Origin: Flectonema sp. DT1601
Taxonomy: Eukaryota
Direction: 5' to 3'
DNA: 64,000 bases
Assembly (NCBI GenBank): GCA_964019425.1
Contig: OZ025800.1
Location: forward strand, 1,178,001 to 1,242,000
Shown here: one piece after another, positions 46,190 through 57,063 of the stretch
How the letters are laid out: each line of letters starts with the position of its first letter
How positions within the stretch are numbered: position 1 is the first letter of the stretch
Notes under the pieces: model-generated
Databases searched by the model: none
What the model was told of the DNA's origin: nothing
The model's input: only the letters and a program-made list of their open reading frames with translations
Made by a program: the position numbers and the translations under genes

Positions 46190-46598
46190 ATTTCTCTTGA
46201 AAGGGCAAAACTATTTTACTTTTTGTTTTATATAGTGTAGTACAGTGGTTAAACAACTATTGCGTTTAAGACGTTTTCGAAACCAGGCAGTTGGCCCTCA
46301 GCTGATATTTCCCAGCAAAGATTTTATTTTTAAATGATGCCTTTTAACGTCTTTTCAATTTTTTCAATTGTTGGTAATAATGTCCATCAAAATTCTGTTT
46401 TTTGTTTGGTAAGAAAGAATGTTGGCAGCATGTTACGGTATTCCAAAGGCGAAGTCTTTGTCGTGCTTGGAATACTTTCATGCCCGTTCGTGTTTTAGTG
46501 ACCCTTAAGAGGGAAACTCTCAGCTGGGATTCCTCGGCATTGGATGCTGACAACATTTGTAAAAATAGTAAAAATAATAATTATTTTTCCAATCAGTG

Positions 46599-47405
46599 AT
46601 GGGATATGCTTCAGGATCAATCACCCCCCCGCAAGCGTTAAGTGATTACGCGGATGGGAATAAGAGAATTCAGGAAAAGCGTTGGGCAGCTGATAATAAA
46701 AAACGACTACGGCGAGCAGTTCAAGAAAGGAATGAAGCAAAGCTTCGAGAGGAGGAAGAAATAGCTAAAGTTAGATTGAAGAAAAAAACAGCGAGGAGAG
46801 AATGGTCGGTATCAGTGATTGTGAAAACACTTTCTAAGAACTCCGAAGGAAGTGAAAGTACTCAATTAACTAAGAGACCAATTGCAGGGAGTGATGTCAG
46901 GAAATCGATGGCTGAGTTTCTTAAAGTTGAAGAGAACTGTAATAACCCAGAGAAAGAGATTCAACACCACAACAACAGATATTCTTCAACAGCATCTGAC
47001 GATAGTTTTGTTGAAATCGATTCTGGTGATGAATCCGACAACGAAATAGAATCCCCTCTCCCCGTTATGAAAGTACCACTGCGAGAGATATCATCAAATA
47101 TCAACAACTTCACTAACAATACGACTTCTGTTAAAGACAAAAGAAGAGTACGGATTCTTCCAAAAGCTCCAACAGAACTATTCTCTTGTACTGAACATGA
47201 TGAAGCTCAGGAACAACGTCTTCGTACGAGTATTGCTCGTCTTGATTCTCTTATTGAAAATAAGAAACTGATGCTTGGAATTCCACTTCTTCCTTCAGAA
47301 CACATTCCGAAGTCTTATCAACTTGTGAAAGAAGAAAGCAATCAAATAGAACAGAAGCAAGAGAGAGAGCGACAAAGACGAAAGCTACTTTACCGACAGC
47401 AGTAA
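46599..47405 (+). CDS. Hypothetical charged or coiled-coil protein (268 aa)
   Basis: ORF on the cluster strand, with the ATG just after ttccaatCAG. No family recognised. Confidence 0.7.
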   Translation: MGYASGSITPPQALSDYADGNKRIQEKRWAADNKKRLRRAVQERNEAKLREEEEIAKVRLKKKTARREWSVSVIVKTLSKNSEGSESTQLTKRPIAGSDVRKSMAEFLKVEENCNNPEKEIQHHNNRYSSTASDDSFVEIDSGDESDNEIESPLPVMKVPLREISSNINNFTNNTTSVKDKRRVRILPKAPTELFSCTEHDEAQEQRLRTSIARLDSLIENKKLMLGIPLLPSEHIPKSYQLVKEESNQIEQKQERERQRRKLLYRQQ

Positions 47406-47742
47406 TTACTACGCCGTGTTGACTCACAGCAGACCTCTTTGTGATCAAAAGACTGCTGTTTTGGTTTATAAAAAATAAGAAGGAATTCAATCCGACTATT
47501 TAATTGATATTTTTGTATTTTCTTAGTTCCTTCTTAGATAACATAGATTTTGAGTTATATAACTAATATTGTACTAATAGTTAGGAACTGGTAATGTTGT
47601 GAATCTTTTAATTTTGATTTTCTCTCGACAGGAAGCAATAAAACTTTAATTTAGTGAGTTGAGATCTGTTGAGTACTTTTTTAATACACTTGGAGAGTAA
47701 CTTATTTTATTTAATTCTTTTTAAAATCAAGATTCTCATAAC

Positions 47743-49065
47743 ATGGGATGTGTGAAGTCAAAGAAATCACGTGCGGAAGAGATGAACTTCCCTGCGCAAC
47801 CAGAAGTTGAGATCGAAATCAGTGTCATACCGTTGGGGGACTCACCTGCTTTTGCGATGAAGTGCAACACATCAACAACAACGAAAGAGATATCAGCTAA
47901 AATAAGAGAATATTACTGTTCGTTGTTTTCTTATCATTTGCTGTATGAGGGAAGCGTTATTTCTGAATTAGGTGAAGTAAGGAATACACGTCTCAGAGAT
48001 ATAGGTATCACTAGAGACGTTACAGTGCAACTCTTACGACGTGAGGTGTCAGAACCTGAATCACAGTGTAGATGTGTTCGTGATTCTGAAAATGGAACTC
48101 TGCCGATTATAGAAAAGTGTTCGCTACAGTTCGGAAGATCGAGTTTCATCTGCACTTCCATAGCGCTTGTCGATAGCTTTCTGGGAATCGGTATGACTCA
48201 GGGGAAATTTAAAATATTTAACGCTGATAGTAATAAGATGCTCCATGAGAATCTTGAACATAAAGGTATCGTTGATGTGGTAGCTGATCCAAATAAGGTT
48301 ATTTTTTACACAATTAGCGAGTTTGATATATTTTTTCAAATACATACCCCGAGTGCTCAAGGGTTTACTGTGAGAGTTGTTGAAAGCCCTTACCGTTCAG
48401 CGACCTTACTTGTTCCGATCAGTAGTGACATAATCGTTTTTGGTGATTATTATGATACACATCGAGACACGTCCATCAGAGTACACCGCACTTCTGATGG
48501 TCATCTATTGGAAAGAGTTGTTGTGGGGAACATGGATGGTATGATCTCATGTTTATCCATCTCGAGAGATAATAAAATTATATTCGTTTGTTGTATGTGT
48601 TCTTCGGGTGGGAAACCCTTCGTTGATATTGTTGCTTATCGATACGAGGAAGAAAATGATATTAAGATGAAAAAATTATACACTCTCAAGAATGCCCACA
48701 CTCATGCTTGTAACTCTTTGTTAGACATAGCTGAAAATCGGCTTATCTCTGCAGCAAGCGATGGTACGGTTCGATATTGGGACACATCTAATCAGACTTG
48801 TCTCAATGTTCTAACTGACGGTATTGAAAAGAAAGAAAAGTTCCTTTCCTTCTCAGCAGCTTTTCAAAATCCCTTCCTGTACTTTAGTGGACGTGGTTCT
48901 AGTGTTGGCCTCACAACTGATATCCATCAATATGTCTTTGAGAATGATTCTTTTGAATTAAAACAAATTATAAGAGGACACAGACACAACATTAGAAGTT
49001 TAGTTACCATCAAAGACGATTTAATTACTTGTTGTGATGATGGAATTATTAGGTTCTGGGAGTAG
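47743..49065 (+). CDS. N-acylated ubiquitin-like plus WD40 protein
   Basis: MGCVKSK acylation motif, a Ubl-like segment (TTTKEI..YHLLYEGSVI..TRLRDIGITRDVTVQL), and WD repeats AHTHACNSL..DGTVRYWD and GHRHNIRSL..DGIIRFWE. Confidence 0.85.
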   Translation: MGCVKSKKSRAEEMNFPAQPEVEIEISVIPLGDSPAFAMKCNTSTTTKEISAKIREYYCSLFSYHLLYEGSVISELGEVRNTRLRDIGITRDVTVQLLRREVSEPESQCRCVRDSENGTLPIIEKCSLQFGRSSFICTSIALVDSFLGIGMTQGKFKIFNADSNKMLHENLEHKGIVDVVADPNKVIFYTISEFDIFFQIHTPSAQGFTVRVVESPYRSATLLVPISSDIIVFGDYYDTHRDTSIRVHRTSDGHLLERVVVGNMDGMISCLSISRDNKIIFVCCMCSSGGKPFVDIVAYRYEEENDIKMKKLYTLKNAHTHACNSLLDIAENRLISAASDGTVRYWDTSNQTCLNVLTDGIEKKEKFLSFSAAFQNPFLYFSGRGSSVGLTTDIHQYVFENDSFELKQIIRGHRHNIRSLVTIKDDLITCCDDGIIRFWE

Positions 49066-49568
49066 TTGAATGTGTGTGTGTGTTGTTCTTGACCTTCTTA
49101 ATTGGGATTGCAATTAAATTAAAGAGAAGAATGAACTGTTAACCAAATTGGAGGAGTTTTACGGTTGTCATTTAGTTTACTGAACGAAAGTCTCTCTGAA
49201 TAAATTAACAGCAGTGCTGATTTCTTTTTTTTTTTCCTTTTTTTTCTTTTCTTTTTTTTGATGTGCGCGCTTGCATTTGACCTTCTAACCAGTACAAGTA
49301 TTTTTTTTTTTTTTGAGTTCTTTTTTCAGACTGATTCAAACATCGTCTTTTTTATTATGTTTTTTTTTTTTTTTAAAATAAAGAATAGTTCCCAGTTATA
49401 TTGTCGCTGGTGTATATTCTAACCAACGAGTGTGAGTCTCCTCTGATACACATAAGGAGTAGAGTTGGATGGCCAGACCACCAATGTTAACATATTTTCT
49501 TTTTTTTTGTCGTACCGACGTCGGAGAAGAAACTATTCAGATTGAAAACTGTTATTTCTTGTGATCAT

Positions 49569-49625
49569 AATTTATTTTCACCCGGTGCGACAGGATTTTG
49601 TCTGTGTTCAGTAAAATATAATATT
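49569..49625. repeat. Dispersed repeat family D (second copy at about 63311-63360)
   Basis: atttattttc..ccg(g)tgcgacaggatt(t)tgtctg.gttca..aaatataa is present at both sites. Confidence 0.7.
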
Positions 49626-50569
49626 AACGAATCTGAAAGATTTCAACTGTTTTCTTCTTTTCTTGTTTACCTTATGAAGCACTTCTTCAGGATGATAACT
49701 AATTATAATCTGAATGGTTGTTCTTGTTTACGTCAATTACTTGTTAACTTGTCGTGTCATGGTCTGTGGGAGTCTAATCTGTGTGGTTTTTTATACTTGA
49801 GTTAAGGACATGTGACATCCACACCTTTGTATGGAAGTGTAGTTTTAGATCGCAGTTCACAATTCAGTTTTCCGTTTTGCCCTCCGTGTTTTTCCTTCTC
49901 TAGTTGAGTTGCTGAAGCCAAGTTAACCTCTTACTTTGGCCTCAGCGACTGCGAAAAAGCAAAAACGTTTTGTATGTGTCCGTAAAGAGTTTTCTGATTT
50001 CTGACTAGCAGCGCCAAGCCTAATGCAAGTGATTCTTTAAGCCTCCCATTATACTTCACTATTCAACGAGAGTAACCGAACGAAATCAAAGGCTCGATTA
50101 ATTTTTTTTTTTTTTTTTTTTTTACTCCTCTTCAAAAGTTTCATAAAAAGAATTCTATTATCCTTCTCAACTATTAGCTGTTCATTTTTATGACTTTGAA
50201 ATGATCTGAAAGTTTTTTTTTTTCCCCCTTTTTTCTTTTTTTTACTTACAAAGTAAGTAAAATTGAAACAGCTCATGGAAGCCTTCTTTAGATCTTCTCG
50301 AAGTTTAATTCAATTAAATGAACACACAAAGGTCGGTAAGGTAATCTATTGCATGTGGAACCTATCGACTCAATTGTTTTAAGCAGCGTACATAATTATT
50401 ATTATTATTATTCATTGCTCTCTCTCTCTCTATTGTTTTGTAGAGAAAAACTTACAGACTTTTGATGATAATCGTTGTGTCAATTACTTACCTGCTTGTT
50501 GAGTTGTGTAGTTATTTGTTTGCTTAGTTTTTATGTTTCTCACCAGCTCAAAGACTACATAAAACAACA

Positions 50570-51950
50570 ATGAAATTTCCATCAAAGGAATGCATGATAG
50601 AAGAGATCGGGAAAGTCATTGAACTCGAAGGGTATGAGATTTCAGTTGAGGTTTGCAGAACGGTATGATTTTGACAAATTGAACCTGATGCGGTTTTAGT
50701 TAAATTTCTTTGTTGCCGAAGAGCCCAACCCAGTCAACCCGAGTCTTCCTTATTACTGCATGTCGAGACAAGGATCTGGAAAAGAGAAATTATTTCACAT
50801 TTATGTATCCTCTGGGAGACGAAGAAGTGTGTTTCCATTTTATTTTCTCAGCGGGAAAAAAAAAAAAAAAAAAAAAGGTGGTTCGCACTGCCCTTGAAGA
50901 GGAGATTAAGGAAGGAGATAAGGAAGAATACAGAAAGCTTTTCAAGGGAGCTGAACAGAAAAAGAAATTCAGAGAAGCTGTTGAAGAAACCATCAAGGCA
51001 AACTTATATCGTAACCCGAGTGTTATTGAAGTATGAATTTAATCGTAATCTGTTTTGCTACGATGTGAAATGACTCCTTGGCTTTAACAAAACAAAACAG
51101 GAATTGAAAGCTCCACAAGTACACGGAGGAGTAGGTAAGAAAGAACGTAAATCATCCAGTAAAAGATCAGGTAAAAAAGGAAGTCCACGTAAGTCAGCAC
51201 CGCGTAAGAAGACAGACACTGGACCAAAGAAACCAAAGAAGGTTTGCTTTTCTCAATTTTACGTTTTTGTTTTGTTTTGTTTTTTCAGTTTATTGTCAAC
51301 CTACACCAATATAGGCACAATCTGGTTACATCCTTTGGACATCAACTGTACGTCAACAAGTGGCTGCTAACAATCCAGGAGTTGGTGTTGGTGGATTGGC
51401 GAAGATATTCGGAAAGATGTGGAAAGAAATTACAGATGCAGACCGTAAGAAGGTTGACGCACTTGTAGAGAAAGACAAGGAAAGATTTGAAAAAGAATGC
51501 GAGGAGTTTAGAGAGAAACATGGAGAGGATTCTCTGAAGACACCAAAGAGAAAGGCGACAAGAGCAGCCCCAAGAAGAAAGAGACCAAAAGACGATGATT
51601 CTTTTATTAGAGATGAGGATGCGACTTCAACCAGCAGCGAGGACTCAACCAGCTCTTCTTCTGATTCTTCTGACTCAGATTCCGGAAGTTCAGGTTCGGG
51701 ATCATCAGAAAGCGATTCGGAAGAACAGAGTGCGCAGGATAAGGAAAAAGTAAAGCCTCCTAAAGCTGCATTCAAACCAACACCGAAATCATCTCTACCA
51801 ACCAAACCTGCTGCAAAATTATCGGCTCCTACTTCTTCTCCAAAGAAGCAGTCTTCCTCTTCTCCTACAAAAGGTTCACCTCGTGCTGCACCAGCGCCTG
51901 CGCCTAAGACGGCCTCTCCTAAGAAGTCCTCACCCGCAAAGGCGGATTAG
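50570..51950 (+). CDS. DEK_C-like plus HMG-box chromatin protein (about 336 aa); exons 50570-50650, 50878-51030, 51101-51241 and 51315-51950
   Basis: Three phase-0 GT-AG introns join four fragments into MKFPSKECMIEEIGKVIE..VRTALEEEI..KKKFREAVEETIK (DEK_C-like) and GPKKPKK|AQSGYILW..VRQQV..NPG..LAKIFGKMWKEITDADRKK (HMG box), followed by S-rich and K/P/A-rich tails. An alternative GC donor at 50998 is also in frame. Confidence 0.85.
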
Positions 51951-52306
51951 ACAGATCAATACAACTGTAGCAGCTCTCTTTGATGAATGAGATGGAATAC
52001 CTTGTTGAAATCTGAAATGTTGTGACATCTTTGTTAGACCTTTTGGTATCAATAACTGTCGCACTGCGAGTAGGCCTTTCTATCAAATTTACTGCGCATT
52101 AGCCCAGCTCCGTATGCCTCTATAGTTTGATATAGTGCATAGTGTGTATTTATTTAATAGCAGTGTGTAGGCCTTGAGAGGAAGTTCTATCCGCGGAGCT
52201 CTTAATAATTATTACCAGAACAGGTGTCATTGGATGGTCAATTGTTTTGCGTTAGTTCTGATGTTGTCTAATCACTTTGTTAACTTAATTTTTCTACTTA
52301 GTTAAA

Positions 52307-54026
52307 ATGTTGGTTGGGAATCGATGTGCTCGTTGGTTTACAGGAAGAGCAAGTTACGCATTGGTTCGAATTCAGGATCCGTATCGAGCAGTTGGTGGTG
52401 GGGAAGCAAGAACGCAGAAATCCATTAATGCCGGAGTAAGAGGAATCATCCGTCCCAAGGGACTTGCAACAAACAATGAGAGTTGGATGGTATGTTAGAC
52501 CTTCGTCTTGGAGATGCCCCCCCGACTTGACAGCATTTCTTTCTCTGGTAATTTATTTGAAGCATGCGATTTTGTGTGGACGGAATCCAGTTGTGATGAT
52601 TCATGTCTGGTTTGTTGCGTGTTAACCTTAACCTTGATTTATTTATCCAAGTCCCCCAAAGACCTGCAGTATTCTTCCCAGATAAATCTTTTCGTATCGT
52701 ATCAAAGGTCCCCCCGCCTTTAAAAGCTTTAGATTATCCTCAAAACGTTATACTTTTATAACAAAGGAGTGCGCCGCTAATAGTGTGCTACGAACTAGCT
52801 AGAATAAGAACTGTTTTTTTCTTCTAACTTCGGTTAAGTGTAAGTTGTAACGGACTACAGGGAATGGGACGCTCAACCTGTTAGTACGTGGTCCCCGAAT
52901 TACCAGATTCGACAACGTCTTCTGGTCAGTAAGACAAAAAATATAGTTTCTCTTTTATGTTTTCTTTTTTCTAAACGAAATTTTTCTTTGATTAACAACT
53001 ACAAATATTTTCCAGTCAAGTACTTGATGTTAATTTTGTTTTTAATACCTGAAGTTGTTACTGTTTTTACATTGTCAAAGTTTCCCTGTGAGTGCTCCGC
53101 TAGTAGTGTGCTACGAAACTAGCAATTTTTGCTAACATATTTTTTTCAAAGAATTGTTGATTTTAAGCAAGTAATTTGTACACTCTGCCGTATTACATTA
53201 TACCCTGGTTTTGGTTTCCCAGGCTCACGATTAATTCAAAATTGAATAACTCGATTCCGTACTGCACTGAATGACAACACGGAAAAAGAGATGTGCATGC
53301 AGCTAAGTTAGAAACATTTATTATAATGTAAAGTATTTACGTCAATCGCAGAGTGTATACCTACACTAACATTACCTTTAGTCAACTGTATCTCAGAAGC
53401 AATGTTAAATTATCGTTATGTTGTTTGTGATACAATACATTTCTATTTTACGTGCAAACTCGAACAGTTAATCCCCCCAGTCATTTACTACGCTGCCGCT
53501 GACAGTCAAGATTGTCGGAGAAAGTGTTGTTCCTTTTGAGCTTGAAAATACAGTATCAAATATCCCCCCGCCTCCATTTAATATTAGTATCAAGTTACCC
53601 CCCGCCCTTTATTATTTGATTCGTCGATAAAAAAGGATTTTAATTAAATTAATAAAACAGTTCAAACTTGACAAAGACCGCGTTGTCATGAAGAATCATA
53701 TTAAGAAAACCGTAATAAAAAATCGAGAGAACGACGGCAGAGAAGAAATGAAAACCATGGTGACGGAAAGCGTAGGAGTAGAAGAGTTCAGGAAGTTTAA
53801 AAAAGAAAATCCCGATTTATCCACCGCGTCAAAAGATTTTTGGAAACAGCTCCTGCCTATTGTTCAAGCAGCCTACTTGGGTGAAGTTTCATCATCGAAA
53901 AAAGCCTTATTTCAACCAAAATCAAAAAAAAAATCATCCGTCTCAAGGGACGAAATGTTAAACCAACTCTTTGGATTTACTGCTGAGCACAAATTAGATG
54001 AGGAAATATTTTCGCGTCGAAAATAA
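52307..54026 (+). CDS. Hypothetical protein (182 aa) with a possible mitochondrial presequence; exons 52307-52489 and 53661-54026
   Basis: ATG|GTATGT donor at 52490 and aataaaaCAG acceptor at 53660 join the two ORFs in frame (..NESWM|FKLDKDRVVMKNH..). The N-terminus MLVGNRCARWFTGRASYALVR is Arg-rich and lacks acidic residues. Confidence 0.65.
52965..53085. repeat. Dispersed repeat family B, copy 2 (intronic)
   Basis: Matches 15010-15120. Confidence 0.85.
53220..53480. repeat. Dispersed repeat family C, copy 2 (intronic)
   Basis: Matches 24515-24760. Confidence 0.85.
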
Positions 54027-54433
54027 AGAGTTTCTGACCTATTGAAAATGCTACAGCAAGCACCTACCCCCCGTGGTTACCAGATGTGTGCATTAACGAT
54101 AATGACGAGTACTATGAATAGGATTTTCTTATTCTGTTGTTGTAGATATTTAATTTAAGTTAAATAACGCAGCTGCTGCGACTGCCAACTTTGGTAATAA
54201 GAAATAAATGTGACAGCGTCGCGTACCACAATTAGCAGCGTCGCTGCTGCTCTGGTGCAGAGAACTGCAACATAGAAGATTGGTTATCGAGGCTCGTATT
54301 AAATATTAGCGATGTATTGGATTATTACTTGTTGAAATCAAGTAAACATCAGTCATAGTAGCTGTTGAGTACTCACTCGGACTGATCACATTAGTGTTTC
54401 TTTATAACAGATCCTCATCAAAACACAATAAAT

Positions 54434-55006
54434 ATGGCTGAACAAATCTTAGCACAGCACTTGGTTCAGGCAGCAGAGATTGTAGAGCAGCAGTTGGATG
54501 CTGAACTCAAACAGATGGATGAGATGGAAGAAGACGACTTGGATGTCATCAGACAAAGAAGAATAAAGCAGCTGAAGAAAATGAGAGAGCAGAAGGACAA
54601 GTGGGGTAAGAAGGGTCACGGAATCTTACAAGAGATCCGAAAACCAGAAGAGTTCTTTGAGTTCTGTAAAAAGAACGAAAGATGTGTAATCCACTTTTAC
54701 AGAGAAACTACTGAGCGTTGCAAAATCTTAAATGGTCATTTGGAAAAACTTGCTAAAAGACACTGGGAAACACTGTTCGCAAAGATTAACGCTGAGGAAG
54801 TCGAGGGTATGGCAGAGAAGTTTAATGTTTACATGCTTCCAACTCTGATGCTTGTTGAAGGAGGTAAGACTCATCACAGTATTATTGGGTTTGATGAATT
54901 TGGAGGTAATGACACTTTCCCTACAGAACGCATCTCAGAGATACTCGGACACCACGGGATGGTAAACGACAAGGGAATGTTTGACGAAGATCAAAGGGAG
55001 GAGTAG
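54434..55006 (+). CDS. TXNDC9: Phosducin-like thioredoxin-fold protein (TXNDC9/PhLP3)
   Basis: AAEIVEQQLDAEL..LDVIRQRRIKQLKK..W..KGHG..EI..EFF..VIHFYR..RCKIL..HLEKLA..HWET.F.KINAE..IIGFDEFG..DTF. Confidence 0.9.
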   Translation: MAEQILAQHLVQAAEIVEQQLDAELKQMDEMEEDDLDVIRQRRIKQLKKMREQKDKWGKKGHGILQEIRKPEEFFEFCKKNERCVIHFYRETTERCKILNGHLEKLAKRHWETLFAKINAEEVEGMAEKFNVYMLPTLMLVEGGKTHHSIIGFDEFGGNDTFPTERISEILGHHGMVNDKGMFDEDQREE

Positions 55007-55828
55007 ATGTATTGTTCTGAAAGGTGTTCATTTATAACAAAAATAATGACAAAGGAAAAAAGAACAGAAAAACGAAAATAATTGTGTTTTAGAGGTTTGT
55101 ACAAAACCTCTCACAATCCGTAGAGTGATTCCTCCCGTAGACTCCGCTTGCCTCGTAGGTAGCGCCCCCGATATTGAAACCCCCTTCTCCCCTTCACATT
55201 GATTGCGTGCAATCTTCACCCTTCCCTATCCAGTGATGATCATTAGTTTTTATTGTTAGTTGGTTTGTTAATTATAACTACCTTTTCAGTGCCACAAAAA
55301 AAAAAAGAAATACGAAGAAGGAGGGAGTGAATAGGGAAACTTTGACAACACAGCAAGTTTGAGTTATTATTTTCTTAATTTACTTCTTCAGAATTCGAAA
55401 CATAAAACAGAGTTGTGAGAATTGATATTTTTGAATTAAACAATCCAACCATTCTCATTTGAGAGGCTATTGAAGCTTCAGGCCACAGCGTGCTTTCTGT
55501 CCTAGTCACAATCGGATGGCAGGACATTCCGAACTTTGCGTCTTCTTGAAAAACTGATACCGAAACTCGTTTCCCATCTGCCTTGTTTGATTTTTTTATT
55601 TTTATACTTTCTAAGAACACTCACCCGTTTCTAAGAACTCGATTCCACGGCTTTCTAGTTGTGGAGAAGGAAGAGTAGGGGAAAAAAAAAAAAAAAACGA
55701 TAATAACGCGAACTTATCACCACGTGAAGAAAGATGTTTTATCTGTTGTTTTCATTCAGGTTAGAAGAGAGGTCAGATTGGAAGAACACAACGTTGTCAC
55801 CATTTGATCAGCGACAAGCTGCCAGGCC

Positions 55829-56775
55829 ATGGTTGCGAATCAGGTCGTGGATGTGCCTGGTATTGGTTCAACAAAAACACTTAAGGAATTCAACACCTGG
55901 TTAGTCGGAGGAACGTACGTCACAAAACAAAAACATGTAAACCCCCCTCCGTTGCAAAGGTCGGAAAGCAGCGAAAAGCTAAAGCTAAAAATTGAAGAAA
56001 TGAAGAAAAAACTTCAGGAGGGACATAGAAAGGCAATTCGAGATAGAAAGGCCGAGCCAGCTACGGCTCGACTTTCAAGAATTACGAAGAAGCCTGTGCA
56101 ACCACCAAGACCTAAGAGTGGTGTTGTGATAGTGAAGTCAGAGAGGAATGAATTGAAAACTTCTTTAATAGATCAAATAACACAATCTAATTATATATCA
56201 ATGTTCCCTCCTCTGTTCACACCATACGATAGAAACAATACAATGTTAAGAGGATGGTGTTCTGATATGAAACATTACTACGGTGGTGTGAGCAGTGCTC
56301 GTAATCATACCAAAGAAAAAGAAGAAAAAGGATTCGATCCTCAACATCAAACCGAAACACGCCGTTCTGGTAGAGCCACTGTCTCCACGGGGAGGCCTGG
56401 ATTCTTTCCCACAGGTACGAGGTATGTAATTTACAGCTGTTCGGATATCAATGTACTGATGAATAATAAATAACACAACCAACAAGCGTTAACGCGTATC
56501 GCCACTATACTAACTATCGCTTGGCTCTGGATATTGAATCTGCTGAGGCTTCTGGTAAGAAGGTACGTGAGAAGCAATCTCTTCATCAACTTCTACGTAA
56601 ACAGCGTTCCCAGGCGGCAGCTAACAGTCTGGCCAACACTTCGTCGAATACGAATTTAATTTCTTCTATTGAACAGCCGCTTCTCTGTGATGCAACAGCA
56701 GCTCACATCACAACCGAAAAAGATGATTCTACTGGTAAGAACAACATCGAGTCAAAAGACACAACCGTAAAGTGA
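55829..56775 (+). CDS. Hypothetical protein (293 aa); exons 55829-56421 and 56487-56775
   Basis: A phase-2 intron of 65 nt (AG|GTATGT ... aacacaaccaacAAG|) fuses the ORFs at 55829 and 56521 in frame (GTS VNAYRHYTNYRLALDIES). Confidence 0.75.
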
Positions 56776-57063
56776 ATTGACTACAAGTTGACGATGGATT
56801 CACTTCAAACCCGCAGGCAGCTTTTATAAATTATTAGCAACCCACAGAGACTCTTCCGAGTTCTGAATATCTCCCCTCCCTTTATTTACGAACCACCGTT
56901 CTACGTATTCGTTCAGAAATAATATTAATACTTGTGGAATGTTACTTTTCTTTTTCCTTCGAAAGTAAACTTAATGTGAGAGGAACCTGCAGGAAGGTGT
57001 TTTGTCGTAATGATTATTTCAGAAGAATTGTATAATTATTTATAAACAGATTTGGTCCAAAAG

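Noticed and set aside
51353..51805. 150-aa antisense ORF
   Set aside because: Mirror of the low-complexity Ser/Lys tail of the HMG gene.
55375..55620. 81-aa minus-strand ORF in the spacer
   Set aside because: Non-ATG start, against the cluster orientation, no recognisable motif.
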